Shown piece by piece: positions 58,846-64,000 of a stretch of DNA of 64,000 nucleotides. The position numbers and the translations under genes are program-made. Below the pieces are notes generated by a model that worked only from the letters and a program-made list of their open reading frames with translations, ran no database searches and was not told the origin of the DNA. Numbering within the stretch: the first letter of the stretch is position 1; every line of letters starts with the position of its first letter. Origin of the DNA: an uncultured Parachlamydiaceae bacterium (GTDB taxonomy: Bacteria; Chlamydiota; Chlamydiia; Chlamydiales; Parachlamydiaceae); NCBI GenBank assembly GCA_963742415.1, contig CAVULX010000003.1, positions 864,001-928,000 on the forward strand, read 5' to 3'.

Positions 58846-60939
58846 ATGGAACATAAAGCTATGAAAGTCTTGGTGGGCGGACAAGAGCTCACATTTGAAA
58901 CGGGAAAAATCGGAAGGCAAGCAAACGGATCAGTTTTCGCGAAGTTAGGGGAGACCATCGTTTTTGCGACAGCCTGCGCTGCACCGGAACCCGCTCCCGA
59001 CACCGATTTTCTTCCCTTACGTGTCGATTACCAAGAAAATTATTCGGCCGCTGGGAGAACAAGCAGCGGTTTTGTCAAAAGGCAAGGCCGTCCTTCTGAG
59101 AGGGAGATCCTCGTTTCCCGCCTGATTGACCGTCCTCTTCGCCCGATGTTTGAAGAGGGGTATTATAATGAAGTCCAGGTGTTGTCATATGTTTGGTCAT
59201 ATGACACTGTTAATCCCCCCGAACCTCTGGCTATTTGCGCGGCTTCAGCTGCTTTGATCCTGTCCGATATTCCCCTGATTAAACCGGTGGCCGCTGTAAG
59301 GGTGGGGTTCATTGACAATACATTCGTTGTTAACCCAACCCTGGAACAAATGAAGGTATCCAAGCTCGATTTGATGCTCGCCGGAACCGAAGATGCTGTC
59401 CTCATGATTGAAGGATTTTGCGATTTCTTGACGGAAGATCAAATCTTAGAAGCGATCGAAACAGGGCATCAACACGGCATAAAAATTATCTGCGAAGCTT
59501 TGGCCCAATGGCAGAAGCACGTGGGGAAACCCAAAAATCACTCGACGCTGCACGTTTTGCCGCAAGACCTGATAGGATCTGTAGATGGGATAGCAAAGCC
59601 TCTGCTAGAACCTGCCTTGCGAATCAAAGAAAAGCAAAAACGGGAAGAGGCTTTAGATGCAATCACAGCCACGATTACAGAAACTTTATCGCCCGAAGGG
59701 GAAGAACCTAAGTATACCTCAATAGAGCTTGGAAGCGCGATCAAGCAGGTTCAATCCAAGTACATGCGGCAAATGATCCTCAACGAGAAAATACGCGCAG
59801 ATGGACGTACTTCCACAGACATTCGTGCGATCGACATCGAGTTGAGCCTTCTTCCGCGCACCCATGGAAGCGCCCTTTTTACTCGAGGTGAAACACAAGC
59901 GGTCGCCGTTTGCACACTCGGCGGCGAAAGTATGGGCCAAAGGTACGAGGATCTCGAAGGGGAAGGGCTTCACCGCTTTTACCTTCACTATGTATTTCCC
60001 CCCTTCTCGGTCGGAGAAGTGGGGCGGATCGGCGCTCCGGGAAGAAGGGAGATTGGGCATGGCAAATTAGCCGAACGCTCCTTGCTGGCAATCCTCCCCG
60101 CCAAAGAGAAGTTCCCTTATACCATCCGGATCGAATCCAACATCACTGAATCAAACGGTTCATCTTCAATGGCTTCGGTTTGCGGAGGCTGCTTGGCTAT
60201 GATGGATGCCGGGATTCCGGTTAAACGTCCTGTCGCTGGCATCGCCATGGGATTGATCCTCGAAAAAGATCACTACATTATTTTGTCCGATATTTTGGGG
60301 ATCGAAGATGCTTTAGGGGACATGGACTTTAAGGTGGCCGGAGATGCGGAAGGGATTACAGCCTTTCAAATGGATATTAAGGTGGAGGGGATCACCCCGG
60401 CCATCATGCGAGCCGCTTTAGCCCAAGCCAAAGAGGGGCGGATCCACATCCTTAACAAGATGTTGGCGGTATGCCCGAAATATAAAGAAAAGCTGTCGGT
60501 ATATGCCCCTCGCATTGAAACTTTGCAGATCAAGCCAAGTAAAATCGCGACGGTGATTGGTCCAGGCGGGAAGCAAATCCGTTCCATTATCGAGGAAACA
60601 GGGGTTCAGATCGATATCGACGATAGCGGGTTAGTCAGCATTTCCTCTCCAAGTTTGTCGGGGATTGAAAAAGCGAAAGAAATTATTTATAGCTTAACCG
60701 CCGAAGTTGAAATCGGCCGGGTTTACAATGGGAAAGTGACCTCTGTAGTCGCTTTTGGGGTTTTTGTCGAAATCTTGCCTGGGCGGGAAGGGTTGTGCCA
60801 CATATCGGAATTTGATACGTTGCGCATCGCTAACCTTGCCGATTATGTTAAGCAGGGGGATCTGATCTCGGTCAAAGTCCTCGACATCAACGAGCGCGGG
60901 CAATTAAAGCTCAGTCGCAAAGCCACCCTCGCTGTATAA
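58846..60939 (+). CDS. pnp: Polyribonucleotide nucleotidyltransferase (PNPase)
   Basis: SRLIDRPLRP, RTHGSALFTRGETQ, RREIGHG, SNGSSSMAS, GDMDFKVAG, KH and S1 domains. Confidence 0.98.
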   Translation: MEHKAMKVLVGGQELTFETGKIGRQANGSVFAKLGETIVFATACAAPEPAPDTDFLPLRVDYQENYSAAGRTSSGFVKRQGRPSEREILVSRLIDRPLRPMFEEGYYNEVQVLSYVWSYDTVNPPEPLAICAASAALILSDIPLIKPVAAVRVGFIDNTFVVNPTLEQMKVSKLDLMLAGTEDAVLMIEGFCDFLTEDQILEAIETGHQHGIKIICEALAQWQKHVGKPKNHSTLHVLPQDLIGSVDGIAKPLLEPALRIKEKQKREEALDAITATITETLSPEGEEPKYTSIELGSAIKQVQSKYMRQMILNEKIRADGRTSTDIRAIDIELSLLPRTHGSALFTRGETQAVAVCTLGGESMGQRYEDLEGEGLHRFYLHYVFPPFSVGEVGRIGAPGRREIGHGKLAERSLLAILPAKEKFPYTIRIESNITESNGSSSMASVCGGCLAMMDAGIPVKRPVAGIAMGLILEKDHYIILSDILGIEDALGDMDFKVAGDAEGITAFQMDIKVEGITPAIMRAALAQAKEGRIHILNKMLAVCPKYKEKLSVYAPRIETLQIKPSKIATVIGPGGKQIRSIIEETGVQIDIDDSGLVSISSPSLSGIEKAKEIIYSLTAEVEIGRVYNGKVTSVVAFGVFVEILPGREGLCHISEFDTLRIANLADYVKQGDLISVKVLDINERGQLKLSRKATLAV

Positions 60940-60957
60940 GTAGAAGGATAATCCCCT

Positions 60958-61073
60958 TTTGGAGTGCTGCGGCTTACCGCTAATCAAGGATGGTTATTTA
61001 CCAGGCCTTCGGCCTGATCAAAAAGGCAATCTGCTTAGCTTGATGCGTATGTGGCTTGCCGCCGCACTCCAAA
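60958..61073. repeat. Composite REP-like element: TTTGGAGTGC...GCACTCCAAA shell with a nested copy of the 48627 repeat
   Basis: Ends match the 51312-51355 hairpin; the interior matches 48627-48675. Confidence 0.7.
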
Positions 61074-61075
61074 TT

Positions 61076-63847
61076 TTAGGTCTCTTTAGATACAACCCCT
61101 TTCGTCAATGTGCCCGTCAAATCATTATATCGGGCGTCTTCTTCTGTTGAGGGAGTTGCTTTGATGGGTGGGGTTTCATCTAAACTTATGATCTCTTGCC
61201 CCTCACGATGGGGAACTTTAATGCTGGGAACGCTATATTTATTGGCAACGGATAGGATCCATTTAAATCCTTCACTGTTTCCAAAACCTTTTATCTCTTC
61301 GTACTTTGCCTTTTCTGCTGTTGGGGCAGTTTTTTCCAGGGTTTGCTTGAGATGAATATTAAAAGCTTCAATCAAGGGTGCATATTCCTTGCAAAGCTGT
61401 ACAATCTGCTTCTCCTGATCATCTAAATCCTTAACTTTATTAGTCGCTAACGATTTAAATATTTCATAATAATCATTATCATAGACAGCGCTTATCTCAT
61501 CCATTTTATCTAACCATTCCGCATTATAATTTTTCATTTTGAGGTAATATTGCGGGTATAATTTCTCTGTTATAGGATCTTCTTTAACCTTGTGATGAGG
61601 GTTCTCATTCAAATTTACAATGGCTTCCCTGAGGCCGATCTGGCCGGTAACGGGGTCAGCATCTAATCCATTATATAACCTTGCGGGCAGTGTATTAAGG
61701 CTAATAAAAGCTTCAGGATTAGTTTTTGATAGGTTCGACATATATTCCAGAACATGTCTATCCCTGGCTCTCCGTTCTGCAAGGATCTGCCGTTTGCGTG
61801 CCCATAAAGCAGGGGCATTCATGAACAAACCTATATTTTTAGCATCTTTCTGCATTTCGGGAGAGGGAGCGGTTCGCGTTTTAACAAACATGAGCATATC
61901 TTTGGCGAGTTTTTTGATTTTTTCAGCAGCTCCCCGGTCAATGCAATCTTTACAAGAAGTGTTTGTGTAACGGGCACCGGAAGCTAGTAAAATATAATCT
62001 TGGATCAAGTCGTAAGCATGTTCCATGGCTATTTGCCGTTCTTTGGGAGTCAAAAAATAAAACTTATCGGATGGAAAATGAGCATCTACGACTTTGTCAA
62101 GGATATGCTTAATATGGTCAATGTGAGGGGGCTGATTGTAAGGAGCCGAGATATTAAAAGAAGGGGATTTAAGGATCCCTGCTTTTTCATTGCCAAACAT
62201 GCGGGCTTTAAAATCATATAAAAAATCAGCTCGGCTTTGAACAGCAACGACAGGAAAAGCGTTGGTTCCTTCTTTGTGAACAGCTCTCCAAATTTCTATC
62301 AGCTCTTCCACAGCTTCTGCTTCGGTCGCATGTTTGGATATTTGTTTTTTTAAATGCTTTTCAAGGAGTTGGGCTTGAACATACACTTCTAAATTCTTCC
62401 CTTCCCATAAATGTTCATAATTTTGTTTGAGAGGAGAGTTTGATGAGAGAAGTCGAAAAAAATCTCCTCGTACAGCCATTTCTTCATGTAACTTTTTCCC
62501 CTCTTTATATTCCCGTTGCCAGTAAAAATCGGAATTTTTATCGAGGGTAACAACAGTAAAAAAACCTTTGAACTCTGGATCTTCGGCTAAAGCCTCTAAA
62601 GCTTTGACCCTCAAATCTTCTCTTGCAAATCCGAGAGTTTCCAAGATCCATTTTTTCGTTGATGATTGTTCCGCAGGGGAGCGTCGATCTTGAAGGTTGA
62701 AATAAACAATAGGATCCCCATTCGCTTTTGCAGTTCTTAAAAAAGCTATAAAAGCGGGATTTATTTCGTCGCCGATGGTGGGGGTTGGAGTGCGGATAAA
62801 TGTAAGTTCATTACCATCTGGCATGATCCGGGTATAATACACATTAGGGGGATTGCCATCTTTTATGGGATTAAGATCCATATGTTTGGTGCCCCCTTTG
62901 ATCGAGGAGGCCCATTTTGTCCAAGGGGAAATTTTATATTGGTCATCGGCATTTTCAATTCCCTTAGCAATCCCTTCTGAATTTTGAACTCCTTGATCGA
63001 AATCTCGATAAAAGGCTTCTTCAGGGGAGAGAGATCCATTCCCTTCTACATCTTTTTCTTTATACCCCCCATCCTCCGCGACTTTTTGAGCCACGCTGTT
63101 CATAAAATCGGTCATTTCAATCTTGGTGAAAAGGGCTCGAGCAATTGCATGCAGGGCAGCAATTTCGGGGTTGTTATGCTCTAAGTTTTGCATGGCGATT
63201 TTGTCACGGGGATAACTTTTAAAGTCCATCGTGGAGGTATAGTATTCGCTTCTAAGGGCACGATCATAAGCTTTCATAAAGGCTTTATAACGATCCCTTT
63301 CGTTTGCGAACCCCTCATCAGTAAAAAGGATCCTCAGTACTTCAGCGGTTTGCTGCTGACATTTATTTCGTGCAGGAATAGAAGAATAATGGATTCCCTT
63401 ATCTCGATCTTCTTCTTTTCCTGTTATCCAGAAGTTGATCATCTCTTTTACTTGATCAGAGGATTTGTTGGGCACATGGATCTGCTCCATCATTCCTTTG
63501 CCTATGAAGTTCAGGACTTTTTCATATTTTTGGGTGTGGCGCCAACCGGGGTCAAAGGGATTTCTTGCGTGTTCCCATGCTTTGCTGATCATGTTGATGA
63601 GCACTAAGCCGGCTTTAGCTGCCTGGGGCGGTAAGACTGCGCCTGGGGGGAAATAGGTGACATTTTTGACATTGTCATCGCTAAGAGGCAGAATTCCTGT
63701 GTTGGCGGCTTGTTCCGTTGTTTTTTTTGCAGAAGGAGGAGTTGGAGGTAAAGGGGTGTCTGGAAGAGGGCCTAAATCTTGAAATGCGCCTGAACTTTGA
63801 AAAGAGCCTAAATCTTTGGGTTCGTTTAAATTTCCAGAAGTTACCAT
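61076..63847 (-). CDS. Effector-like protein with a CX5R phosphatase motif (CKDCIDR)
   Basis: GGAGGA RBS before ATG 63847; Pro/Thr-rich N-terminus; TSCKDCIDRGA with the motif at 61934-61954. Confidence 0.7.
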   Translation of the reverse strand: MVTSGNLNEPKDLGSFQSSGAFQDLGPLPDTPLPPTPPSAKKTTEQAANTGILPLSDDNVKNVTYFPPGAVLPPQAAKAGLVLINMISKAWEHARNPFDPGWRHTQKYEKVLNFIGKGMMEQIHVPNKSSDQVKEMINFWITGKEEDRDKGIHYSSIPARNKCQQQTAEVLRILFTDEGFANERDRYKAFMKAYDRALRSEYYTSTMDFKSYPRDKIAMQNLEHNNPEIAALHAIARALFTKIEMTDFMNSVAQKVAEDGGYKEKDVEGNGSLSPEEAFYRDFDQGVQNSEGIAKGIENADDQYKISPWTKWASSIKGGTKHMDLNPIKDGNPPNVYYTRIMPDGNELTFIRTPTPTIGDEINPAFIAFLRTAKANGDPIVYFNLQDRRSPAEQSSTKKWILETLGFAREDLRVKALEALAEDPEFKGFFTVVTLDKNSDFYWQREYKEGKKLHEEMAVRGDFFRLLSSNSPLKQNYEHLWEGKNLEVYVQAQLLEKHLKKQISKHATEAEAVEELIEIWRAVHKEGTNAFPVVAVQSRADFLYDFKARMFGNEKAGILKSPSFNISAPYNQPPHIDHIKHILDKVVDAHFPSDKFYFLTPKERQIAMEHAYDLIQDYILLASGARYTNTSCKDCIDRGAAEKIKKLAKDMLMFVKTRTAPSPEMQKDAKNIGLFMNAPALWARKRQILAERRARDRHVLEYMSNLSKTNPEAFISLNTLPARLYNGLDADPVTGQIGLREAIVNLNENPHHKVKEDPITEKLYPQYYLKMKNYNAEWLDKMDEISAVYDNDYYEIFKSLATNKVKDLDDQEKQIVQLCKEYAPLIEAFNIHLKQTLEKTAPTAEKAKYEEIKGFGNSEGFKWILSVANKYSVPSIKVPHREGQEIISLDETPPIKATPSTEEDARYNDLTGTLTKGVVSKET

Positions 63848-64000
63848 GAAAATTCCTCCCTGTAAAACAAACATTACCTATAATAATTTTAACATTTATA
63901 AAATAAAATTTACAAAAATAAATAATATCTAAAAAACAACGGAATTATTAAAAAGATAAGGAATAAATGTGAGGGAAGGAATAAAACAATTGACAAAGCT

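Noticed and set aside
58815..60903. Many short antisense or alternate-frame ORFs within pnp (and likewise within cgs, bkd and RHS)
   Set aside because: They are shadows of well-supported genes, with no motifs or RBS.
1..64000. tRNA, rRNA, transposase, integrase or phage genes
   Set aside because: None recognised by eye; a tRNAscan/Infernal run would be needed to exclude small RNAs.

Overview
AT-rich chromosomal segment that looks like an environmental Chlamydiota (Parachlamydiales-like) genome. This rests on the chlamydial pnp-rpsO/tadA-small ORF synteny, a CIRCE-controlled groES, a giant cyclic beta-1,2-glucan synthase and many effector-like ORFs. Left to right: groES and the groEL start; sat-cysC with a branched-chain 2-oxoacid dehydrogenase operon and acyl-CoA enzymes; a decaying RHS polymorphic-toxin locus with orphan toxin/immunity fragments between 40-bp direct repeats; brnQ preceded by an unannotated Val-rich leader peptide; a TauD-type dioxygenase; a frameshifted copA coupled to duplicated eukaryote-like Myb/SANT genes; cgs/ndvB; four tandem effector-like paralogs with an HDxYH motif; a divergent PLP-fold protein; a five-gene, almost tryptophan-free operon (unknown protein, racemase, ABC transporter) behind a chlamydial TrpR-like operator; an AAA+ ATPase; several palindromic REP/MITE-like elements; glycosyltransferases and a flippase; tadA, rpsO, pnp; and a CX5R phosphatase-like effector candidate. 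Best candidates for new biology: the Trp-starvation operon, the brnQ leader-peptide attenuator, the Myb-copA unit and the HDxYH effector array. All product calls come from motif recognition by eye; no database searches were run.
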